Source: Bacteroides sp. UBA939 (GTDB taxonomy: Bacteria > Bacteroidota > Bacteroidia > Bacteroidales > Bacteroidaceae). Taken from it: 60,141 nucleotides of DNA. The DNA lies in assembly GCF_002293435.1 (NCBI RefSeq), contig NZ_DBDF01000038.1, positions 1 through 60,141 on the forward strand. The letters run 5' to 3'. Positions 19,467 through 27,355 of the stretch are shown in pieces. The notes under the pieces were generated by a model, which made no database searches, had not been told where the DNA came from, and saw only the letters and a program-made list of their open reading frames with translations. Both the position numbers and the translations under genes were made by a program. Numbering within the stretch: the first letter of the stretch is position 1; each line of letters starts with the position of its first letter.

Positions 19467-20006
19467 ATGGAAACAGAAAAAGTATATCAGGAAAAGACGG
19501 CACGCACCATCCAGCAGAAGCAGGAAGGTAGCGGCGCTTTGCAATTTGTGGATAACCGTCCGATAAGCCCGGCCCTGCAACGGATGGGAGAAGACGAAGA
19601 AGATACCCTGCAAGGAAAGTTCGGACAACCGCTTCAGCGCGAGGAGGATGAAGAATTGATGCAGGGAAAGTTCGAGGAGCCGGTGCAGAAAAAAAATGAA
19701 ACCGGCATACCGGATAATCTGAAAACCGGAATTGAGGATTTATCAGGCTTTGCGATGGATGATGTACGGGTGCATTACAATTCGGACAAACCGGCTACGA
19801 TACAGGCACTTGCCTATACGCAAGGTACAGACATCCATGTAGGCCCGGGACAGGAAAAGCACCTACCCCATGAGGCATGGCACGTGGCGCAACAGATGGC
19901 AGGTCGTGTGAATCCAACCATGGAAGTGGGCGGAATACCGGTGAATGACAACATCGGTCTGGAACATGAAGCGGACATAATGGGTGCAAGGGCAAACAGC
20001 CTTTAA
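19467..20006 (+). CDS. DUF4157 (eCIS core domain) protein, stand-alone
   Basis: NETGIPDNLKTGIEDLSGFAMDDVRVHYNS.KPA..QALAYTQGTDIH..PGQEKHLPHEAWHVAQQ...LEHEAD.MG. The protein ends right after the domain. Confidence 0.93.
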   Translation: METEKVYQEKTARTIQQKQEGSGALQFVDNRPISPALQRMGEDEEDTLQGKFGQPLQREEDEELMQGKFEEPVQKKNETGIPDNLKTGIEDLSGFAMDDVRVHYNSDKPATIQALAYTQGTDIHVGPGQEKHLPHEAWHVAQQMAGRVNPTMEVGGIPVNDNIGLEHEADIMGARANSL

Positions 20007-20034
20007 TAATGCGAATCAGGAGTTAAAGGAGTTA
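20005..20034 (+). repeat. Dispersed 30-bp repeat, second copy at 30641-30670
   Basis: AATAATGCGAATCAGGAGTTAAAGGAGTTA vs AATAATGCGAATCAGTAGTTAAAGAAGTCA (27/30 identical). Confidence 0.75.
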
Positions 20035-21326
20035 TGCGTGAATCTATCGAATGGTTTAACCAGGCATTGACCGTCGCCATCCAGCTTTACTTCCGGCAGG
20101 AGTGCAAATACGGTCGACTGGAAGAGGTACGGCCACCTCGTAACGGCTGGATGGAGAAAGTGACGGACAACCCGGACATCCGCTTCGATGAGCATGTCGT
20201 GGTGATGCTCGCCCTCATGCCCCATGTCTGTCCACAGGCACTGGACATCTTCTTTGTGCAGAACAAGGATTTCGACCGCCAATACACCGAGTTCGGCGGC
20301 TGGAAAGGTTTGTCGCACAGTGGCTTCCTGCCCACGGGCGAAACGGCCTTGTTCATCCTCGCCAGAGAAGATATAGAGAAGCGGAAGGAAGTAGCACACT
20401 TGTTCGGACGCGACCATTGGTTCTACCGCAGCAACATCCTGCGGCTGGAAGGCGCGGGCGAAGGCGAACCGTTCCTGAGCGGGCAGTTGCGTGTAACGGA
20501 AGAGTTCCTGAGTCGTGTACTGCTTGACACAGAGTACAAACCGGATTACAACATCGGTTTCCCCGCCAAACGTATCACCACCGAACTGGACTGGGAGGAC
20601 ATGGTACTGGACTATCAGGTGGAAGCCGAATTGGAAGAGATAAACACCTGGATTTCCTCCGGAAAGACCATCATGGAGGACTGGGGACTGTCCCGTTTCC
20701 TGAAGGCGGGCTACCGTTCCCTGTTCTATGGCCCTCCCGGCACGGGAAAGACACTGGCGGCAACCCTACTGGGCAAGAAGAACCGAATGGACGTGTACCG
20801 CGTAGACCTCTCCATGATTGTATCGAAATACATCGGCGAGACGGAGAAAAACCTTGCCCGGGTGTTCGACCTTGCCGAAAACCGGAACTGGATTCTCTTC
20901 TTCGACGAAGCGGATGCCCTCTTCGGCAAACGTACTTCCACAAATAGCTCCAACGACCGGCATGCCAATCAGGAAGTGGCTTACCTGCTGCAACGGATAG
21001 AGGACTTCCCCGGTATAATTATCCTGGCCACCAATCTGCGCAGCAACATCGACGAAGCGTTCTCGCGCCGTTTCCAGTCGGTGGTTTACTTTCCGATGCC
21101 CACACCGGAACTGCGTGCCGAGTTGTGGGGGAAGATGCTCCCCACGCAATGGCTGGGCGGGGATAAGGGCGAATTAATCGCTCTTGCCGCCGAAACGGAA
21201 CTCTCCGGTGGCTCCATCACCAATGTGGTGCGGCGATGCGCCTTGTACCTAATAAAAGCCAAGGAAAGGATATTGGATAAACGGATATTGAAAGAGGCGT
21301 TGCAGAAGGAAAAGTTGAAAAGCTGA
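20034..21326 (+). CDS. AAA+ ATPase of CIS (Afp15-like)
   Basis: Walker A GPPGTGKT, DLSMIVSKYIGETEKNL, Walker B LFFDEADALFGKR, DRHANQEVAYLLQRIE, IDEAFSRRF. Confidence 0.95.
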   Translation: MRESIEWFNQALTVAIQLYFRQECKYGRLEEVRPPRNGWMEKVTDNPDIRFDEHVVVMLALMPHVCPQALDIFFVQNKDFDRQYTEFGGWKGLSHSGFLPTGETALFILAREDIEKRKEVAHLFGRDHWFYRSNILRLEGAGEGEPFLSGQLRVTEEFLSRVLLDTEYKPDYNIGFPAKRITTELDWEDMVLDYQVEAELEEINTWISSGKTIMEDWGLSRFLKAGYRSLFYGPPGTGKTLAATLLGKKNRMDVYRVDLSMIVSKYIGETEKNLARVFDLAENRNWILFFDEADALFGKRTSTNSSNDRHANQEVAYLLQRIEDFPGIIILATNLRSNIDEAFSRRFQSVVYFPMPTPELRAELWGKMLPTQWLGGDKGELIALAAETELSGGSITNVVRRCALYLIKAKERILDKRILKEALQKEKLKS

Positions 21327-21335
21327 CCATACGTG

Positions 21336-22457
21336 TTATTGCATCTGGGATACCCACATACCTATATCCTGCTTGCTGAGGGCAGCGGCCATCAAGTCCG
21401 GAAACTTATCCGGGGTACAGGCAAATGTAGGTACGCCGATGGAAGCCAGAAATTCTGCATGGTTCTTGTCGTACGATGGTGCACCGTCGTCATTCAATGC
21501 CGGAAGCACAATCAGTTGCACACCGCTATTGACCAACGACACAAACCGCTTTCTCATCTCCCGGGCATCTCCTCCTTCGTACAAGTCGGTCACCAATACC
21601 AGCACGGTGTCTTGCGGGCGGGTAATCACTCCCTGGCAATAGGTTAGCGCCCGGGCGATATCTGTTCCTCCTCCGAGTTGCACGCCGAACAGCAGGTCGA
21701 CAGGGTCTTGCAAATCCTCCGTCAGGTCTACTACAGCCGTATCGAAAACTACCATCCGGGTAGTGACTGCCGGGATAGATGCCAATACGGAACCGAATAT
21801 CCCGGAGTATATCACCGAAGTACCCATCGAACCGCTCTGGTCCAGGCACAGGATGACGTCTTTCAACGCTCTTCTTTTACGTCCGTACCCGATACGTATT
21901 TCGGGGATAACTGTTTTATACTCCGGTTGATAGTTCTTCAGGTTCCGTTGGATGGTCGTTTTCCAGTCTATCTCATTATAACGCGGATTCCGGCGACGGC
22001 TTGAGCGGTTTAAGGCTCCGGTCACTGCCTGTTGCATGGGTGCCGACAGTTTCCGGAGCAGCTCATCCACCACTTGGCGGACTACCTGACGGGCCATTTC
22101 TTTATTCTTTTCGGGAATCACCCGGCTCAGTGACATTAAGGTTGCCACCAGGTGGACATCGGGAACAACTGTTTCCAGCATTTCCTTTTCGGTAAGCAGG
22201 CTGGTGAGGTTCAATCGCTTGATGGCATCCCGCTGAATGACTTGCACCACCGTCTGCGGAAAGAACTCGCGGATATCGCCCAACCATCGGCTTACTTTAG
22301 GAGCTGATGATCCCAGTCCTCCCCTCTTGTCGCTATCATATACTGCTTGCAGGGAGCGGTCCATGCGTTGCTCCTCCATGTTCAAGGTCACTCCTGTTCC
22401 GTCGGCTTCATCTCCGCCCAGTATCAAGCGCCATCTTTTCAGCATTTCTTCTTCCAT
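21336..22457 (-). CDS. VWA (CoxE-like / YehP-like) domain protein
   Basis: RWRLILG, WLGDIREFFP, MIDAS DQSGSM, GGTDI, TDLYE. ATG at 22457 (MEEEMLKRW) preferred over the ORF-track start at 22553. Confidence 0.9.
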   Translation of the reverse strand: MEEEMLKRWRLILGGDEADGTGVTLNMEEQRMDRSLQAVYDSDKRGGLGSSAPKVSRWLGDIREFFPQTVVQVIQRDAIKRLNLTSLLTEKEMLETVVPDVHLVATLMSLSRVIPEKNKEMARQVVRQVVDELLRKLSAPMQQAVTGALNRSSRRRNPRYNEIDWKTTIQRNLKNYQPEYKTVIPEIRIGYGRKRRALKDVILCLDQSGSMGTSVIYSGIFGSVLASIPAVTTRMVVFDTAVVDLTEDLQDPVDLLFGVQLGGGTDIARALTYCQGVITRPQDTVLVLVTDLYEGGDAREMRKRFVSLVNSGVQLIVLPALNDDGAPSYDKNHAEFLASIGVPTFACTPDKFPDLMAAALSKQDIGMWVSQMQ

Positions 22458-22549
22458 GTTTTCTTTTGATTTTATAAATGATTGGTCATATCCATAGCAC
22501 GATAATGAGAATTTAGTTGTCTCACAAACAGGAGTATCTCTATATATTA

Positions 22550-24787
22550 TCAATTCCTCATTGTCTCAAGCCCCAATAACTGACGAATCACGGGGATTAC
22601 CTTCTTCGCTTCTTCCCGGTTCAGATGCATATCACCCGCGCCAGCGATTCCCGCAGAATGTTGAGCGGACATTGCCCCCGCATTCTTCGCCTTCTCCCCC
22701 AACTTGCGCAGTTCGGCAGAGGTGAATTGGCTGAAGGTACGCCTCAGGACAGGAAGCAGCTCCATAAACACTCCCTTCTCCTGCGCACACACCCAGTTAT
22801 TCACCAAATTCCAAAGCCGGTCATCCAACAGAAGAATGGAACCTGAGGAACGCAAAAACCCTTCAAACCAGTATGCCATATCCGCCGGAGAGTTACCCAC
22901 TGACGAATAAAAGCTCAGCGTAGCCTCCATTTCCTCTACCGAAATCTCCCCCTTATCATTCAATAACCGGGTAGCATAACCGGACAACAACGGATGTACA
23001 CCCGCAGAAGTACGCATCTGGCCAATGAAACTAAGCCACATCCCATTCAATTCTTCCCGGTTGAGAATAGAAAGCGCATAATCCGTAGCCGCCAGTTTAT
23101 CCAGGATATCACTTGCCGCCTCCTCATCAATATGAATGCATACCAGCACTCCACCCGCCAGAATACGGGCTATGATAGCCTCAAGCATCGTACCCACTTT
23201 AGAGAAATCAAGATTACGCACATTCCCGTAGCGGACTATACTCACCAGACCGGGCACTGCCTCCATCATCTCCAGGATATCCGTAGAGGCGGCAGACAGA
23301 TTATCCAACTGCACAGTCATAGCTTCTACCAACGCCGGAAGGTCTGCCGGAAGCACTCCGTTCAACAAAACAGTCAGTTCGGGAATATGCTTGATATCTA
23401 CCATCTGCTTAACCAGATAGTTCTGCGTTGCTTCCATCACAGTATTTCCCCAGATAGCCCTTTCTATCAGTTGAACAATCTGTTCCGGCTTATGATACAA
23501 GGTCCACTTCTCCTTGAAAGTACCCTTACCGTCCGTTTGTCCGGGCAATGTCCAATCAATGTTCAGTAACCGGAGGCGATGGAAGAAGACACTGCGCTCC
23601 AAATCGTTCGGTTTGCGGAGGTCTAACACCAGTTCTTTTATTTCGGCCGTAAAAGGCACACGGAGCCGTTTCTGTATCTTCTCCATGTCCAGCAGCAAAG
23701 GCACTTTGGGCACCTCGTCGGGCACGCTTCCCAAACGGTTGCTGATAACCAGTTCTTCTTTGATGATTTGCAATAGTATGTCATCTCCAAAGCCCATTAC
23801 GGTGGTTACCGCTTCATTATATTCGTGTAAGGAAGGATGAGACAGGTTCCTCAAAGCAGCCGTAGCCTGTGCAAGGCGGACAGTTTCAATCACATGCGCT
23901 ACTGAAATATCCATGTTCTTCCGGCGGAACAAGTCGGCAATGCGGCTCACCCAAAGCGTACCGTCATCATCGGGATGATGCCAAAGGTAATGATACCAGC
24001 CCGGAGACTCGATTCCTGCTCCATAACCGCTGCGAAACGACAAGCGGTCGTACGTCCACGGAATCCATGTACACTCCACTTTCACTTTGGGCAGCCCTTT
24101 CAGCAATTCATTGTCATCCTTCACCTTGAGCATACTGCTTAATGCAGGTACGTGCCACGCGCCGCAAACAACAGCGATACGCTCGTAGTTCTCCTTCTGC
24201 GCCGCACGAATCATCTTGCGCATCCATGCTTCACGTATCAAGTCGCGCGAAGAAGTATGCTCCGGTAGTTCCTCGCGAAGCGCAGTCACAGCTTCCTGTA
24301 CAGCTTGGAAAATATCAATGGAATCCCTTCGGTGCTCAATCATGGTTTCCCACCAAGACTCCCCATCCGTAAATCCGGATGCATGGGCAAGCCAGTCGAA
24401 TGCGTCGCCGGAGGCTTTCTCTACCTCTGCTGTTGCCACTTCTTCCGTTGCTTCTGCCGCCTGTTTACGAAGAGCCATCGAATGAGCCAAAGGCAAATCG
24501 AAAAAGCGGAAGGGAACCTGATTCTCCACAGCATAACGCATGACCTGCCACTCCGGCGAGAACTCTGCAAACGGATAGAATACTGCATTCTGCGGTTCAT
24601 CCGGTTGGTATGCCAACAAGGCAACCGGGGGCTTCATCTGCGGACTATCCACACAGGAGAGCAATGCCTCACCTTCTGCCGGGCCTTCTACCAGAATCAA
24701 GTCCGGTTGCAATTCCTGCAAATAGTTCAGCACATTGCGGCACGACCCCGGACCATGATGCCTGATTCCTAATAAATGAGTTGCCAT
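22550..24787 (-). CDS. DUF5682 / YehM-like protein
   Basis: LLGIRHHGPGS, LVEGP, YPFAEFSPEW, REAWM, VCGAWHVPAL, WTYDRLS..SGYGAG..SPGWY. Confidence 0.85.
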   Translation of the reverse strand: MATHLLGIRHHGPGSCRNVLNYLQELQPDLILVEGPAEGEALLSCVDSPQMKPPVALLAYQPDEPQNAVFYPFAEFSPEWQVMRYAVENQVPFRFFDLPLAHSMALRKQAAEATEEVATAEVEKASGDAFDWLAHASGFTDGESWWETMIEHRRDSIDIFQAVQEAVTALREELPEHTSSRDLIREAWMRKMIRAAQKENYERIAVVCGAWHVPALSSMLKVKDDNELLKGLPKVKVECTWIPWTYDRLSFRSGYGAGIESPGWYHYLWHHPDDDGTLWVSRIADLFRRKNMDISVAHVIETVRLAQATAALRNLSHPSLHEYNEAVTTVMGFGDDILLQIIKEELVISNRLGSVPDEVPKVPLLLDMEKIQKRLRVPFTAEIKELVLDLRKPNDLERSVFFHRLRLLNIDWTLPGQTDGKGTFKEKWTLYHKPEQIVQLIERAIWGNTVMEATQNYLVKQMVDIKHIPELTVLLNGVLPADLPALVEAMTVQLDNLSAASTDILEMMEAVPGLVSIVRYGNVRNLDFSKVGTMLEAIIARILAGGVLVCIHIDEEAASDILDKLAATDYALSILNREELNGMWLSFIGQMRTSAGVHPLLSGYATRLLNDKGEISVEEMEATLSFYSSVGNSPADMAYWFEGFLRSSGSILLLDDRLWNLVNNWVCAQEKGVFMELLPVLRRTFSQFTSAELRKLGEKAKNAGAMSAQHSAGIAGAGDMHLNREEAKKVIPVIRQLLGLETMRN

Positions 24788-24800
24788 TCCTACTTCCTTA

Positions 24801-25880
24801 TTATATCATATCCCTGGAGGCGCGATAAATATCCTTCCAGCCATCCCGGTTCTTGACAACCGTTTCCATGTATTCCTGCCAGACTACTTTATCCTGCACC
24901 GGGTCTTTCACCACAGCTCCCAGAACACCGGAAACAAGGTCTTCGGCATGAATCTCTCCGTCACCAAAATAGCCTGCCATCGCCAGACCATTGTTCATCA
25001 CCGAGATTGCTTCTGCCGTACTAAGCGTTCCGCTCGGGGTTTTCAGCTTTGTCTTTCCATCGACCGTTGCTCCCTGGCGAAGTTCACGAAAGATGGTAAC
25101 CACCCGGCGGATTTCTTCCAATGCCGGTTTCTCTGCCGGAAGCTGCATAATCTTTTCGTAACTCTCCACTCGGCGGCGGACAATATCTATTTCCTCATCA
25201 ATGGAATCGGGCAGAGGCAGGATAACCGTATTGAAACGGCGCTTCAAAGCGCTCGACAAGTCATTGACTCCCTTATCGCGGTTGTTGGCAGTAGCAATGA
25301 TATTGAAACCGCGGATTGCCTGCACCTCTTCATTCAGCTCCGGAATGGGCAGGGTCTTTTCAGAAAGAATCGTAATCAGCGTATCCTGTACATCAGATCC
25401 GATGCGGGTCAACTCTTCGATACGTCCTATTTTACCTTCCTGCATGGCTTTCATAATCGGAGTCTGCACCAACGCTCCCGCACTCGGGCCTTCTGCCAAC
25501 AAACGTGCATAGTTCCAACCGTAGCGGATGGCTTCTTCGCCCGTGCCGGCAGTGCCCTGCACTAGCAAGGTGGAATTACCCGAAATGGCTGCCGCAATGT
25601 GTTCGCTTACCCAACTTTTCGCCGTACCGGGCAATCCGTACAGTAACAGGGCGCGGTCGGTAACCAGCGTTGCTACGGCAATTTCCATCAACCGGCGGTT
25701 GCCTATATACTTGGGGGAGACTTCAAATCCATTCTTCAGTTTACCTCCCATCAGGTAAGTAACTACCGACTGCGGGGACATCTCCCAATTCTCCGGAACA
25801 GAATATGTTTCGTTCTGTTTCAACTCATGAAGTTCTTCTGCGAACTGCTGTTCGGCATGTTGTCTTAATAAAGTACTCAT
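24801..25880 (-). CDS. MoxR-family AAA+ ATPase (YehL-like)
   Basis: Walker A GLPGTAKS, Walker B-like RIEELTR, TANNRDKGVNDLSSALKRRF, LSTAEAIS. Confidence 0.92.
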   Translation of the reverse strand: MSTLLRQHAEQQFAEELHELKQNETYSVPENWEMSPQSVVTYLMGGKLKNGFEVSPKYIGNRRLMEIAVATLVTDRALLLYGLPGTAKSWVSEHIAAAISGNSTLLVQGTAGTGEEAIRYGWNYARLLAEGPSAGALVQTPIMKAMQEGKIGRIEELTRIGSDVQDTLITILSEKTLPIPELNEEVQAIRGFNIIATANNRDKGVNDLSSALKRRFNTVILPLPDSIDEEIDIVRRRVESYEKIMQLPAEKPALEEIRRVVTIFRELRQGATVDGKTKLKTPSGTLSTAEAISVMNNGLAMAGYFGDGEIHAEDLVSGVLGAVVKDPVQDKVVWQEYMETVVKNRDGWKDIYRASRDMI

Positions 25881-27355
25881 ACTTTTTCTATTAATAAGGT
25901 ATCTATTCTCTGTTTCAAATTCATATATTCTATCATCAGCCGGCTAAAGCGCACGGATGTGTCTTGCGACTGCGCGTTGGCAGAGGTTGCTATCTGTTCT
26001 ATTGTCTTTCGCATTTCCGGCGGGAAGTACAATGACAGTTGTTCGGCAGTCTCCTTCGGCAAATAATAATTGTTGCGGAATGCCCGCTGAAGGACGTACT
26101 TGGAGAACTTCATTCCCCATACCGCCCCGTCTTCATTGAACCAATTATCCAGGATATAGGCTTCCTTGTCCGACTGGAATGTTATTTCTTCGCGTTGTGA
26201 AGGAGACAGCAGACCTACTAATGGGATAACAACATCTGCATTCGAGTTCTCTTTCAACGTATGATATGCCCATACCGGGTCTCTGAAATTCAGGATAGGT
26301 TTCGACAGATTGAACAGTTTCTGAAAAGGAGGGTTCTTAGCCAACTTACTTGCAGCCTTTTCCGGGTCACAATCGTAGAACCGGCACCAGAAGCCCAACG
26401 AAACACGTTCAGCCAATTGCCGCAACAGGAAGCGGTCGTCCTTTTCGTTTTTATTGGAACTCACTTCTTCCAGTCCGAGCTTCTTCATTTCGGGGGTAAA
26501 CTCAATCTTGTCGTAAGACCATCCCAGCAGAAAGCTATAGTGCAACTTTCCCTGCAATAATTCCTCGTACTTTTTCAGCAGTTCAGAATCAGGCAGGCTA
26601 CCCAATAATTGCCGGGCTGTCTCTTTGACATTAACGCTCCGGTCGGTCTCCGCTATCTGCTGAAGGAAAGCTTCATCGGCTTTGCTCAGTCCTAACTGCA
26701 AACACCGGATCAGCTCATCCCTATGGGTGGCGGATTCATTCTTCAGTTCTGTCTGCAATAAGGCAAGTCCCTGTTCAGGGTGCTCTTTCCGCAGGTTGCA
26801 TAGCATTCGCTTGCGTTCTTCGTGAGATGCTGTTTCCCAGGTTTCGTTACCGGCTTCTCCCCATGCGGGAAGTCCCATTTGCGGGAGCAGCCATCGACCT
26901 CTTTGTCCGGCAAGCTGAGACAACCGGTGCTGCTCTTCGTGCCTGCCGGGATTGTTCCGGTCAAAGGCTCTTCCCAATAATGCTTGCAGGAATGCGGGAA
27001 GTATCAGCTTATCTATTTTCGCCGCTTTCTTATATGCATATAATAATAGGTGTCGATTCCTGTTTTGATGCAAGGAAACCAGCAACTCTCCTACTTCACG
27101 AGAGAAATAGGGTTTGCTTTCATCGGGAGCCTCGGTAGCTTTCACCGTTTCCGGCAAGGTTACGGTTTCCATTCCGCTATGTTCAAAGGCAAAGCTCAGG
27201 GCAGACTCTTGATAGAAGGCGGCTTCGGCATCTTCCGCTCTTTCCTGAATATCGCGGAAAGCGTCTTGCAGTTCTTCCGGGAAATCGGCAACTGTCAATT
27301 CCCGGGTGGCAGTGCCAAGCAATGCCGTATTAATGATAGAATCAGTCAGGTTCAT
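25877..27355 (-). CDS. DUF5691-like helical protein
   Basis: ALLGT N-terminus, G.RG.WL, L..GLS.ADE.FL......DRS..V...A..LL..LP. Overlaps both neighbouring genes. Confidence 0.75.
   Translation of the reverse strand: MNLTDSIINTALLGTATRELTVADFPEELQDAFRDIQERAEDAEAAFYQESALSFAFEHSGMETVTLPETVKATEAPDESKPYFSREVGELLVSLHQNRNRHLLLYAYKKAAKIDKLILPAFLQALLGRAFDRNNPGRHEEQHRLSQLAGQRGRWLLPQMGLPAWGEAGNETWETASHEERKRMLCNLRKEHPEQGLALLQTELKNESATHRDELIRCLQLGLSKADEAFLQQIAETDRSVNVKETARQLLGSLPDSELLKKYEELLQGKLHYSFLLGWSYDKIEFTPEMKKLGLEEVSSNKNEKDDRFLLRQLAERVSLGFWCRFYDCDPEKAASKLAKNPPFQKLFNLSKPILNFRDPVWAYHTLKENSNADVVIPLVGLLSPSQREEITFQSDKEAYILDNWFNEDGAVWGMKFSKYVLQRAFRNNYYLPKETAEQLSLYFPPEMRKTIEQIATSANAQSQDTSVRFSRLMIEYMNLKQRIDTLLIEKV

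Larger units (their letters stand above)
2651..21326 (+). other. Contractile injection system gene cluster (eCIS / Bacteroidales Injection System type)
   Basis: Co-oriented cap, sheath, 2 tubes, LysM, VgrG, PAAR, gp25, 2 baseplate proteins, tape measure, DUF4157 and Afp15-like ATPase. No capsid, terminase, ClpV or T6SS membrane complex. Confidence 0.93.

Noticed and set aside
2651-21326. Prophage or Bacteroidales T6SS (subtype iii)
   Set aside because: No capsid, portal, terminase or integrase, and no TssB/TssC pair, ClpV or TssN/O/P membrane complex. Afp15-like ATPase, Pvc16-like cap, tape measure and DUF4157 indicate eCIS.
22458-22553. N-terminal extension of the VWA ORF in the ORF track
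   Set aside because: Non-ATG start and non-family sequence. The family-like sequence begins at ATG 22457.
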